From positions 108,110 through 172,109 of the forward strand of contig CAXXHA010000013.1 in assembly GCA_963662265.2 (NCBI GenBank): a DNA stretch of 64,000 bases, written 5' to 3'. The translations under genes and the position numbers were made by a program. The notes below the pieces were generated by a model. That model was not told the origin of the DNA. It saw only the letters and a list, made by a program, of their open reading frames with translations, and ran no database searches. Each line of letters starts with the position of its first letter. The stretch's first letter is position 1. Positions 39,602-49,299 of this stretch are shown here, in pieces. The DNA comes from Spirochaetia bacterium (GTDB taxonomy: Bacteria > Spirochaetota > Spirochaetia > CADAEX01).

Positions 39602-39739
39602 AAGCTTGATTATGTTTGTGTTGACTGTAAAAATCAAGTGTTCTTTTAAAATAAGAGAGATCAGGGGATTATCCTCTGTCTTTATAAAGCAGATTATATT
39701 TTTATGAAGCCGGGCCTGGAAAATGATGAAAAACCCTTC

Positions 39740-39768
39740 TTGACTAAAATACTGCATTGGAATACCAT
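39740..39768 (+). promoter_or_regulatory. Sigma70 promoter of the thiamine operon
   Basis: TTGACT-17 nt-TACCAT, ending 10 nt before the riboswitch P1. Confidence 0.7.
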
Positions 39769-39777
39769 TTTTCTGAT

Positions 39778-39858
39778 CTGTTAGGGGTGCTGGCAAGTAA
39801 GCCGGCTGAGATATAGACCCTTGAACCTGATATGTTTAATGACAACGAAGGAAAACAG
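39778..39858 (+). ncRNA. TPP riboswitch (thi-box)
   Basis: P1 ctgtt/aacag; AGGGGTGC...GCTGAGA...ACCCTTGAACCTGAT...TAAT...CGAAGGAA; lies upstream of thi genes. Confidence 0.92.
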
Positions 39859-40208
39859 GATTAAAACACGATAATATTTCCCGGATATATTATCAGATCT
39901 TATCTGATTTATTCTGATCTTTGTCTGAAATCATAACAGTTTAATTCTTATACAGAACCTTAAAGCATGTATCTCTTTCATGGGGGGACAGGGCTTCGTG
40001 ATAATTTCTATCCGACGTATTCCTGAAAACCTGCAGCCTGATGTGTTTTACAATGTTTCGCTGCATTTCATGGACAGTGAAATTGGCGAGGTTTTAATCT
40101 GGCAATCAGGCTGAGGTTTCTGTATTTTATAAAGACTGTTACCCGGTTTCCGTCAAAAATACTTATCTGATTTTAATTGCTGTCTTTCACTTTGAAAAGT
40201 GAGGAATT

Positions 40209-40926
40209 ATGGCTACATTTGATGAACATGCCGGCGCGTATGATGCGTGGTTTCTTAACAACAGAAACCTTCTTGAATCAGAAGTTAAACTGGTTGCACA
40301 TTTTCTTGAAGACTGCGGGAAGATCCTTTCTGTCGGGTGTCGGAAGCGGTCTCTTTGAATCAATCCTGAAAAAAGACTATGGTATTGAAATTTCACACGG
40401 TATTGAACCTTCGGTCGGAATGGCTGAGATTGCGGGAAAAAGAGGCCTTGATGTAAAGATCGGAACTGCAGAAGATGCTGATTTTGGAAACAATGAATGG
40501 GACACTCTTCTGTTCAACGGAACTCCGAGTTATATCACAGATCTTGATAAGGCAGTTAAAAAGGCTTATTCAGCCCTCAGAGAGGGGGGGAAGGTTGTAA
40601 TGCTTGATGTTCCGAAAGAGGGATCATACGGGATTATCTACAATCTTGCAAAGACGCTCGGAACATGGGACCACCCCCTTCTCGAAGGTACACAGCCTCC
40701 CGATCCCTATCCCATCGAATTTGTTAAAGAGGCAAACTGGAGAACAACAGCAGAAAAAATCGAGCTTCTTGAAAAAAACGGGTTTGAAAAACTTGGTTTT
40801 GCCCAGACACTGACAAACCATCCCGGATTTTCCAATTCAGAAGTTGAAGAGCCTGTCCCCGGGCATACCAGGGGGGATTATGTTGCTATCTGCGCCTGGA
40901 AAAAAAGCTCTGAGGAGGGGGAATAA
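40209..40926 (+). pseudogene. Class I SAM-dependent methyltransferase interrupted by a +1 frameshift at about 40340-40341
   Basis: GAGGA RBS, ATG 40209 reads MATFDEHAGAYDAWF...ILSVGC then stops at 40356; removing one base restores VGCGSGLFE (motif I) and the frame continuing to 40926. Confidence 0.85.
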
Positions 40927-41714
40927 TGAAAAAAACTGTAATTGATAATCTTAACAAGGTCAGGTCACAGTCTCCACTTGTCCACAACATTACAAACTAT
41001 GTTGTTATGAACAATACTGCAAATGCACTCCTTGCACTGGGAGCTTCCCCTGTAATGGCCCATGCCGCGGAAGAGATGGAAGATTTTATTAAGATTGATT
41101 CCGCTCTTGTCGTGAACATAGGGACGCTCAGCAGTTACTGGATAAAGTCTATGAAAGATGCGATGTCATACGCATCAGAGAACAGCAAACCTGTAGTGCT
41201 TGATCCTGTCGGGGCAGGAGCGACTGCCTTCAGGACAGAAACAGTAAAAGAACTTCTTGAAGTGTCAGTCCCTGCTGTTATAAGGGGAAACGGTTCTGAA
41301 ATCATGTCGCTCCGGAATGCTGCGGTGAAGACAAAGGGAGTTGACAGCAGTGCATCTGCAACCGAAGCGGTTTCCTCTTCAAAGGAAGTTGCCGCAGAAC
41401 TCGGGTGTGTTGTCTGCGTAAGCGGGGAAACTGATTACATAACTGACGGGAAAGAAGTCCTTACAGTGAAAAACGGGTCAACGCTCATGGCAAGAGTCAC
41501 AGGTATGGGATGCACAGCTACTGCTGTAACCGGCGCCTTCGCAGCTGTCGATGAGGATCCCCTGACTGCAGCTTTCAGCGCAATGGCTGTCATGGGAATT
41601 GCCGGCGAGATAGCAGCCGAAAAAGCTACCGGCCCCGGTACCCTCCAGCTTCATTTCCTTGATGCGCTCTATAACATCAGCGGGGATGATATTGAAAAAA
41701 GACTTGAGAGCTGA
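40926..41714 (+). CDS. thiM: Hydroxyethylthiazole kinase
   Basis: PLVHNITNYV, GASPVMA, NIGTL, LDPVGAGAT, VTGMGC; TAATG overlap with the upstream gene. Confidence 0.95.
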   Translation: MKKTVIDNLNKVRSQSPLVHNITNYVVMNNTANALLALGASPVMAHAAEEMEDFIKIDSALVVNIGTLSSYWIKSMKDAMSYASENSKPVVLDPVGAGATAFRTETVKELLEVSVPAVIRGNGSEIMSLRNAAVKTKGVDSSASATEAVSSSKEVAAELGCVVCVSGETDYITDGKEVLTVKNGSTLMARVTGMGCTATAVTGAFAAVDEDPLTAAFSAMAVMGIAGEIAAEKATGPGTLQLHFLDALYNISGDDIEKRLES

Positions 41715-41721
41715 AAAGACT

Positions 41722-42390
41722 ATGAGAAGAGATTTTGATTTAAGCCTTTATCTCGTAACAGACAGGGTGTTGTCCATGGGGCGCTCCCTGTCTGAAATTG
41801 TAGAGAAAGCTGTGTCAGGCGGGGCGACAATAGTTCAGCTCAGGGAAAAGGATACAGAAACAAGGGATTTTCTCAATCTTGCAAAGAGATTAAAGGAGAT
41901 CCTCCGCCGCTCAAACATCCCTCTTATTATAAATGACAGGATGGATATCGCCCTTGCATCGGGAGCTGACGGAATACATGTGGGGCAGAGCGATATGCCG
42001 GTATGTGAAATCCGGAAATATCTTGGTAAAGATGTTTTAATAGGGCTTTCTGTTGAATCATTTGAAGATGCGGAAAAGGCAAACAGGCTTGATATCGACT
42101 ACATCGGTATAAGCCCGGTCTACACAACAGCTACCAAGAAGGAACTCTCAACAGGCCTCGGCCTTACAGGGGTTAGTGAAATTTCTGAAATTTCCCGTTT
42201 CCCCTCTGTCGGGATCGGGGGGATAAATATGGAAAATACAGCAGATATAATAAGAGCAGGAGCTGACGGCATTGCAGTTGTTTCTGCTATCTGCAGCGCT
42301 CCTGATCCTGAAAAGGCAGCATCTGAGCTTTATATGGAAGTTCGTGCCGGTTCTGAAGCCGGTGCTGCACCTGGAGCATCCAGGTTATGA
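41722..42390 (+). CDS. thiE: Thiamine-phosphate synthase
   Basis: LYLVTD, VQLREK, LIINDR, GIHVGQSD, TATK, IGGI, AVVSAI. Confidence 0.95.
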   Translation: MRRDFDLSLYLVTDRVLSMGRSLSEIVEKAVSGGATIVQLREKDTETRDFLNLAKRLKEILRRSNIPLIINDRMDIALASGADGIHVGQSDMPVCEIRKYLGKDVLIGLSVESFEDAEKANRLDIDYIGISPVYTTATKKELSTGLGLTGVSEISEISRFPSVGIGGINMENTADIIRAGADGIAVVSAICSAPDPEKAASELYMEVRAGSEAGAAPGASRL

Positions 42391-42424
42391 TTCGGGAAAA
42401 ACAATTAATGTCAGGGGTAAATAT

Positions 42425-43651
42425 ATGAAACTGGGAAGTATCGGTGAGTTCGGCCTTATAGAGAGGTTTTCGCCTCTTTTTATTAAGAATATACCTGAGG
42501 GGACACTCGGCATAGGCGATGACTGCGCAGTAATCCCGTTCTCATCCTTTAACAATGCATTTCCCAGGAGGAATTCTTCAGAGAGTACGTCCTGTAAGTC
42601 TGGCGGCTGCGATTTGAAATCTTTACCTGCAGCAGATGTATTTTCAGTCCCTGCCGGCTGCGACCTGGAATCTTCACCTGCAGGGGATCTCTTTTCAGCT
42701 CCCTCTGACTGCTCAAAAGGAGACAGCAGGTCTGAATCTGAAGAATGCCTCCTTGTGACAACAGACCTTCTTCTTGAAAATATACATTTTCTCAAGGATA
42801 GAATATCCCCGGAAGAGCTGGGGTATAAATCTCTTGCAGTGAACCTCAGTGATATAGCAGGCATGGGAGGTAAGCCTCTTTTTGCTTTCCTTTCTATTGG
42901 TCTTCCGAAAGATACGGAAATTGAATGGGCTGACAGCTTTTTCAGAGGATTCAGCAGGCTTGCAGAGGAATCCGGCACCCTCCTTATGGGAGGTGATACA
43001 ACAGGCTCTGAAAATGGGATTGTAATAAATGTTGCAGTTGCAGGCTGTTCTGTAACCGGGAAGGTGAAATACCGCTCCGGGGCAAAGCGGGGCGACTTCA
43101 TATGTATTTCTGGAATGACAGGTGAATCAGCTGCAGGACTCAATATTGTCCAGAACAGTTCACTTGAAAGAAAGGCGGGCAGCAGGCTTGTTAAAGAGCT
43201 CCTGACGAGTCACAACTGTCCCCGGCCCCATATTGAAGAAGGAATGTTTCTTGCTTCGGAAAAGGGGGTCCATTCCATGATGGATGTTTCTGACGGGATA
43301 GATTCAGACCTCAGGCATATCGTGAAAAAGTCAGGTGTATCGGCTTTTGTTGATACAGATTCAGTACCTTTAAGTGAAAATCTGATCAGCGCTGAAAAAG
43401 CTATAGGCATTGATCCTCTGCAGTGCGCACTCTCAGGAGGAGAGGATTACTGCCTTCTTCTGACAGTCGATCCTGATTCATATGATGATATAAGCAGAAG
43501 ATTTGAAGAAAAGTTCAGCCGGCCTCTTTACAGAATAGGAGAGATTAAAGGCCTGAATGACAGCTCTTCTCAGAGGGACAGGGTTTTGTATCTGAAAGAG
43601 GGCATTGTTTCAGAATTTTCAAAAAGGGGATTTGATCACTTCAGTTCATGA
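42425..43651 (+). CDS. thiL: Thiamine-monophosphate kinase with an about 65-70 aa insertion
   Basis: GEFGLI, GIGDDCA, VTTD, AVNLSDIAGMG, GGDT, DVSDG, GGEDY. Confidence 0.92.
   Translation: MKLGSIGEFGLIERFSPLFIKNIPEGTLGIGDDCAVIPFSSFNNAFPRRNSSESTSCKSGGCDLKSLPAADVFSVPAGCDLESSPAGDLFSAPSDCSKGDSRSESEECLLVTTDLLLENIHFLKDRISPEELGYKSLAVNLSDIAGMGGKPLFAFLSIGLPKDTEIEWADSFFRGFSRLAEESGTLLMGGDTTGSENGIVINVAVAGCSVTGKVKYRSGAKRGDFICISGMTGESAAGLNIVQNSSLERKAGSRLVKELLTSHNCPRPHIEEGMFLASEKGVHSMMDVSDGIDSDLRHIVKKSGVSAFVDTDSVPLSENLISAEKAIGIDPLQCALSGGEDYCLLLTVDPDSYDDISRRFEEKFSRPLYRIGEIKGLNDSSSQRDRVLYLKEGIVSEFSKRGFDHFSS
42605..42712 (+). repeat. 51-bp (17-aa) tandem duplication inside thiL
   Basis: ggctgcga at 42605 and 42656, gactgc at 42707; GCDLKSLPAADVFSVPA / GCDLESSPAGDLFSAPS. 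Confidence 0.85.
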
Positions 43652-43924
43652 TTTTCTGAAAAATCAGATAAAGATCATGTTGCTGTATTACCTTTATGGT
43701 AATAAGTTTTGAAAGCTGGAATCTGCATGCCCCTCTTATCTGGCAGGTCTGCAGAACATGGCTACTGAAGTATGTTGCTTTGGAAATCTGTCAGTCTTTC
43801 CTTAACAGGAAGGGATGCAGAATGTTACAACCTGAATCTCCATCCGGTTGTAATGCGGGTTTTGATAATGACTATACATGAGTTTAGAGTTTCTTAATAT
43901 GGAAAATTATACGGAGAAAATATT

Positions 43925-44737
43925 ATGGGAAAAAAATATTACAGGGCAATGACAATTGCAGGCTCAGACAGCGGCGGGGGAGCCGGTATACAGGCGGATC
44001 TTAAGACATTCTCAGCTCTCGGATGTTTCGGGACTTCCGCAGTAACTGCAATTACAGCACAGAATACAGTTGGAGTAACAGGCATACACCCTGTACCGCC
44101 TGAAATGATACAGCAGCAGATCATGGCTGTGCTTGATGATATAGGATCAGATGCTGTTAAAATAGGAATGCTTCATTCATCTGAAGTTATCAAGGCTGTT
44201 GCAGAAATGCTTGAAAAGTATAAAGCAGAAAATGTTGTAATCGATCCAGTTATGGTAGCAACATCCGGTGATGTTCTTTTAAAGGACAGCGCGATTGATT
44301 CTCTTGCTGAGATTCTTATTCCGATGGCAGATATTATAACTCCCAATATTCCCGAAGCTGAAATACTCCTCGGCTGCAGGCTGAAGGGACAGGCTGACCT
44401 CCCTAAAGCGGCGGTGAAGCTGTCTGAACTGGGATGCCGGGGTGTGCTTCTCAAGGCCGGTCACCTTAAAGAGGATCTTCTTGTCGATTATTTCTATGAC
44501 AGCAGCACAGGTGTAATGACAGAACTGCCTTCGCAGCGTCTTTACACGCAGAACACGCATGGAACCGGCTGCACACTGTCATCCGCAGTTACATCATTTC
44601 TTGCGCGGGGATTTGAACCTGCAGAAGCTGTGAAAGACGCGAAAGCTTATCTGTCAGCTGCAATTAACTCCGGCAGTGAGTATGCCCTCGGCAGCGGCCA
44701 TGGCCCTGTAAAGCATTTTCACAGGTACTGGCAGTGA
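43925..44737 (+). CDS. thiD: HMP/HMP-P kinase
   Basis: [47 protein letters not shown]. Confidence 0.95.
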   Translation: MGKKYYRAMTIAGSDSGGGAGIQADLKTFSALGCFGTSAVTAITAQNTVGVTGIHPVPPEMIQQQIMAVLDDIGSDAVKIGMLHSSEVIKAVAEMLEKYKAENVVIDPVMVATSGDVLLKDSAIDSLAEILIPMADIITPNIPEAEILLGCRLKGQADLPKAAVKLSELGCRGVLLKAGHLKEDLLVDYFYDSSTGVMTELPSQRLYTQNTHGTGCTLSSAVTSFLARGFEPAEAVKDAKAYLSAAINSGSEYALGSGHGPVKHFHRYWQ

Positions 44738-44849
44738 GCTGTTTCAGATGATTGGGTTGTCTCTGCAAAATTATCCGGAGTATGGCTATTGAAGATTTTT
44801 AAAGGACTGTAAGTTCTTTGTTTTTGTAAAAATTCTTGTGAGGTTAAAT

Positions 44850-45500
44850 ATGCTGATAAAAGGATGCGGTGAGTTTACTGACAGCCTGTGGGAAAAATCA
44901 GGCTCAATATTCGATGAAATTATATCGTTGCCATTCAATAGAAAGCTTTCTGACGGTACTCTGCCGAAAGCTGTTTTCTGCAGATACCTTGAGCAGGATA
45001 TTCTTTATTTACAGGAAGATACGAGGGCCATAGCAATGACAGCAGAAAGAGCACCGGAAGGAAATGAGAAGCTTTTTTTTGCAGAGCTTGTAACGGCAGG
45101 GATTGCGCTTGAAGAAGCTCTGCATGCTGAGCTTGCAACTGCATTCGGAATATCAGTAAATGCAGAGATGAATAAAGCCTGTCGCGACTACACAGGTTTT
45201 CTTACAGAAACTGCTCAGAATAAGACATATCATGAGGCTGTATCTGCTCTTCTTCCCTGCTACTGGATATATCAGAATGCGGGTATTGTAACTGCTTCAA
45301 ACGCGGCCCCTGGTAATCCCTACCAGGCGTGGCTTGATACATACTCGGGTGATGAATTTACTGCATATACAGATCAGTATATCCGGATAACTGAAGCAGT
45401 TGCGGAAAGAGCAGCGCCGCCGGAGAGGGGGAAAATGGCTGATGCTTTTATTGCGGCAGTCAGGCATGAACTTGATTTTATAAAGAGTATCTCCTTCTGA
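44850..45500 (+). CDS. tenA: Thiaminase II / aminopyrimidine aminohydrolase
   Basis: YLEQDILYL, ALLPCYWIY (catalytic Cys), PYQAWLDTY, terminal ELDF. Confidence 0.88.
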   Translation: MLIKGCGEFTDSLWEKSGSIFDEIISLPFNRKLSDGTLPKAVFCRYLEQDILYLQEDTRAIAMTAERAPEGNEKLFFAELVTAGIALEEALHAELATAFGISVNAEMNKACRDYTGFLTETAQNKTYHEAVSALLPCYWIYQNAGIVTASNAAPGNPYQAWLDTYSGDEFTAYTDQYIRITEAVAERAAPPERGKMADAFIAAVRHELDFIKSISF

Positions 45501-45788
45501 TTCCCTGTTTTCCCTCAGATCCCTGTTTTTTACTGGCATTATTGATCGGATGGATTTGTTTTGCTGAAAACTTTTAAATTTACCGGTTTTATTTAATTGA
45601 ATTTGTTTTTAAAACAATACTATTCGTTAGTGCTTGATATTTTTCCAGCTGATTAAAAAAACAATCCCGGAGTCTGATGCCGTATATTTGATCGGCTGAG
45701 AAAAACAGGCAAACCTGAACAATAACTATTTGTTATTGTCAGAAAATTGATGTTGACGGGTGTATGTAATAGGCTGTAGAGTCTTTCT

Positions 45789-46532
45789 ATGATTAGCCGG
45801 AAAATGTCTGTAAAAACAGCTCTGAAAGTATTTATCGTTATTCTTGTCCTTTTCTCATCATTATCATGTACTGCAAAACAGGATATAAATATTGACAGGT
45901 CAGGGAAAGGCTCCTGCACTGTCAGTGTGGATCTCAACAGCTTTTTCACTGAATATCTGAACGATCTTTCTGATGCAGCCGGAAGTTCTGATGAGGAGTT
46001 TACAGTTTTCGACAGGCAGATGATTGAAGAATCGTTTTCGAAAAATTCAAATGCGGAACTTGCTGATGTGCGTATTAAAGGCGGCGGAAGTATTGAACTT
46101 GATATAAAATTCAATAATCCGGGAGATATACTCAGGGAAAACAGCCTTAACCCGGTAATATCATACACAAGAAAGGGAAGCAGCAGTATTGTCTCTTTTA
46201 ACCTGAATACTGAAAACTATAAGGCGCTCAGCAGGATGACAGGCCTTGCAGATAACCCGGTTCTCGCCGCATTAACTCCCCAGCCTGAGAATCCGTACAC
46301 TAATGATGAATACCTCGATATGGTTGATTTTGTTTTTTCAGATTATGAGGGGGGAGATATAGCTGCAGTCACAATGGCAAAGTCAATGGTTGAGATAAAT
46401 ATTGAAACAGATGGCCGTGTTGTTTCTGCCGGGAACGGGACTTTTTCAGGCAGCAGGGCTGTATTCCGAATTCCCCTACTTAAATTTCTGACCCTCTCTG
46501 AGCCTGTTGTTTTTTCTGTTGAATACAGATAA
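45789..46532 (+). CDS. Hypothetical lipoprotein
   Basis: Signal peptide with SLSC lipobox; long open frame. Confidence 0.65.
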   Translation: MISRKMSVKTALKVFIVILVLFSSLSCTAKQDINIDRSGKGSCTVSVDLNSFFTEYLNDLSDAAGSSDEEFTVFDRQMIEESFSKNSNAELADVRIKGGGSIELDIKFNNPGDILRENSLNPVISYTRKGSSSIVSFNLNTENYKALSRMTGLADNPVLAALTPQPENPYTNDEYLDMVDFVFSDYEGGDIAAVTMAKSMVEINIETDGRVVSAGNGTFSGSRAVFRIPLLKFLTLSEPVVFSVEYR

Positions 46533-46814
46533 TCCTGCATCAGATTCAGATATTAAAAAGAATCAGTAAATCCTCTTCTCAGATCTCGGATATTCACACA
46601 GTTTCTTTGTTTTCATGTTAAGAGTGTTCTTGATGAATAATTTCAGTTTCTGAACAATATCCCAGGTTAATCGATATTTCTTTTTCCCTGGTTAACTTAA
46701 ATTTAACTTTTTCTAAATAATAATGATTCCTATCTTGATCCCATCCCTTATATATAATATTAATTGATTTTTTAGTTGATTCTCATAAACTATATAAAAG
46801 AGGAGTTAACTTTA

Positions 46815-49274
46815 ATGAATGGTGAATATGATGTAGCTTTGCTTCATTCTCTCAGCGGTCCCATGGAAATCAGCGAAAGACCTCTTGTTAATTCCTCCCT
46901 CCTTGCATTTGAAGAGATAAATTCAAGCGGCGGAGTTCTCGGCAGGAAAATTAATGTCCATGTATATGACGGGGCATCTGATCCTGTTACTTTTAACAGG
47001 GCAACTGAAGATGCTGTCGGGAAATGCGGTTGCGGAACCTTTTTCGGAACCTGGATGTCTTCCAGCAGGAAGTCAGTCATTCCTGTACTTGATAAAAACG
47101 GGACAATGCTGTGGTATCCAATACAGTATGAAGGTCTTGAAATCTCTGATAATGTAGTTTATACAGGCAGCTGCCTTAACCAGCAGATAGAACCGGCTCT
47201 TGAATGGTGCAGATCTGAGAAATATACTTCCTATTTTCTTCTGGGCTCAAACTATGTCTATCCCCATACAGCAAACTATCTCATAAGCTCAAGCCTGGAA
47301 TGCTCAGGTTTCAGTATATCAGGCGAACTTTATGCAGATCTCGGGGAAGAGGATTTCTCTTTTTATATTTCCAGAATCCTTGATTCCGGATGTGATATTG
47401 TCCTGAACACTCTGAACGGGAAATCAAATATCTTTTTTCTTGAACAGCTGAAAAAAAATCTGAATGGTAAAAAACTGTCTGTTCTGTCGTTTTCACTTAC
47501 TGAAGTTGAATTGTCAGCTTCAGTATTCTATGAAAACCTTTATTCCTGCTGTAGCTATTTCCAGAGTCTGGATAACATCGAAAATAAAAAATTCATTGAG
47601 AATTATAAAAAATACTGCAGAAGAAACAATCTGTTTCTGACCCCTGCTTCAGATCCTGTTGTCACTGCATACAGCCAGGTTTTCCTGTGGAAAAAATGTG
47701 TGGAGGCTGCCGGAAGTTTTGACATCGAATTGATAAAGAAGGTTCTTTCCGGTACCGGTATACGCTGTCCCCTTGGATGGCTTGAAATATGTGAGAATCA
47801 TCATGTTTTAAGAGAAGCCAGGATAGGGATGGCAAACAGAAAAGGTTTATTTGATATTATTCATTGCAATGGGAATATGATAGGGCCTCTTCCCTGGCTG
47901 GGGATAGAGAAATTCAGTTTTCCGACAAAGAAACTTATAACAGATACAATTGCAAAAATACCTGGTGAAATCAATTATAAAATTGAACTTAAGAGGAAAT
48001 CTGTTGCTCTTGAATATGAGAAACAGAAATATCAGCACCTGGTTGATAACATGTCAAACGGAGTTGCTGTCTACATGGCAGTGGACAACGGCAATGACTT
48101 TATCTTTGTGGATTACAACAGGGCAGGTGCAAGAATGGATGGTGTGGAGAGGGGAAAAGTAATTGGTAAAAGACTTCTTGAAATATTTCCTGCGGTAAAG
48201 GAATTCGGCCTCTTTGATGTTATCAGAGAGGTGTGGGAAACCGGGAAAGCTGTGAACCATCCTGTTTCGCTGTACAGCGACAATAAGCTCCAGGCATGGA
48301 GGGAAAACTATGTGTACCGGCTTCCCACGGGGGAGGTTGTCGCAGTATATAACGATGTAACTGAAAAGATGAAAATCCAGGATGATCTTGAGCATCTTAA
48401 CAGGAGATACAGCCTTGCTGCTGAATCTGCCCGTCTAGGAGTTTGGGAACTTGATCTTGTGAATGATAAGCTTGTCTGGGATGAGTGGATGTTCAGGCTT
48501 TATCATGTATTGCCTGATGATTTCAGTTCAGATTATGAAGCCTGGAAATCCAGTGTACATCCTGATGATCTTAAAAAAACAGAGAGTAAAATTCAGGATA
48601 CAATTGCAGGTAAGGGGGTCCTTGATACAAGTTTCAGGATTATTATTCCGGGAAACAATATCCGCCATATTCAGGCATATGGCCTTCTGACTGTAGATGA
48701 TTATGGGAATCCGCTGAGACTCACAGGGGTAAACTATGATATCACCGAAATAAAAGAAGCTGAAAAAAGGATTACAGAACTGGCTATAAAAGATCCGCTT
48801 ACCGGCCTCTTCAACAGACGGTATCTCTATGAACGGCTTGCTGAAAATGTTGAGGAATACAGGAGAACCGGGAAGCCCCTGTCTCTTGCAATGATAGATA
48901 TAGATAATTTCAAGAAGATTAATGACAGTTTCGGCCACAGCTGCGGTGACAGTGTGCTTAAGAGTTTCTCCGATATTCTTGTAGACGAAGTAAGGCCCTA
49001 TGATTTTATTAGCAGGTATGGCGGCGAGGAATTTGTAATTGTATTTCACGGTGTTGAAAAGAAAGATGCTGCCGCTGTTGTCAGCCGTATTCTCGATATT
49101 GTGAGAAAGAAAAAGTTGATATACAACAGTAAAAATGTCAGCTTCACATTCAGCGCCGGAATAACAGAAGCTTCGGAAGTTTTATTTGAAAGGCTGTCTG
49201 CTGAAAACCTAATAAATGCGGCTGATGATTTATTATACAGGGCTAAGAGAGCCGGACGGGACAGGATTGTTTAG
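46815..49274 (+). CDS. Cytoplasmic UrtA/AmiC-like ligand-binding domain-PAS-PAS-GGDEF diguanylate cyclase
   Basis: LHSLSGPMEISE, GGVLGRKI, LWYPIQYEG, GSNYVYP, NTLNG; PAS VHPDD; DPLTGLFNRR, RPYD, RYGGEEF; AGGAG RBS. Confidence 0.88.
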   Translation: MNGEYDVALLHSLSGPMEISERPLVNSSLLAFEEINSSGGVLGRKINVHVYDGASDPVTFNRATEDAVGKCGCGTFFGTWMSSSRKSVIPVLDKNGTMLWYPIQYEGLEISDNVVYTGSCLNQQIEPALEWCRSEKYTSYFLLGSNYVYPHTANYLISSSLECSGFSISGELYADLGEEDFSFYISRILDSGCDIVLNTLNGKSNIFFLEQLKKNLNGKKLSVLSFSLTEVELSASVFYENLYSCCSYFQSLDNIENKKFIENYKKYCRRNNLFLTPASDPVVTAYSQVFLWKKCVEAAGSFDIELIKKVLSGTGIRCPLGWLEICENHHVLREARIGMANRKGLFDIIHCNGNMIGPLPWLGIEKFSFPTKKLITDTIAKIPGEINYKIELKRKSVALEYEKQKYQHLVDNMSNGVAVYMAVDNGNDFIFVDYNRAGARMDGVERGKVIGKRLLEIFPAVKEFGLFDVIREVWETGKAVNHPVSLYSDNKLQAWRENYVYRLPTGEVVAVYNDVTEKMKIQDDLEHLNRRYSLAAESARLGVWELDLVNDKLVWDEWMFRLYHVLPDDFSSDYEAWKSSVHPDDLKKTESKIQDTIAGKGVLDTSFRIIIPGNNIRHIQAYGLLTVDDYGNPLRLTGVNYDITEIKEAEKRITELAIKDPLTGLFNRRYLYERLAENVEEYRRTGKPLSLAMIDIDNFKKINDSFGHSCGDSVLKSFSDILVDEVRPYDFISRYGGEEFVIVFHGVEKKDAAAVVSRILDIVRKKKLIYNSKNVSFTFSAGITEASEVLFERLSAENLINAADDLLYRAKRAGRDRIV

Positions 49275-49299
49275 GGGTTTTCAATAATACAGCTGATCT

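Noticed and set aside
39602-39796. 65-aa N-terminal extension of GalU (and similar ORF-track extensions of fabG, ecfA, thiE, thiL)
   Set aside because: Runs through promoter and riboswitch DNA; family homology starts at the downstream ATG
40344-40359. prfB-like programmed +1 frameshift site (AAGCGG-TCT-CTT-TGA) that would join the two methyltransferase frames
   Set aside because: Shifting there gives GCRKRSLE and destroys the GxGxG SAM motif; CTTTGA arises naturally from the Leu-Phe-Glu codons; the internal SD is weak. A one-base insertion is simpler.
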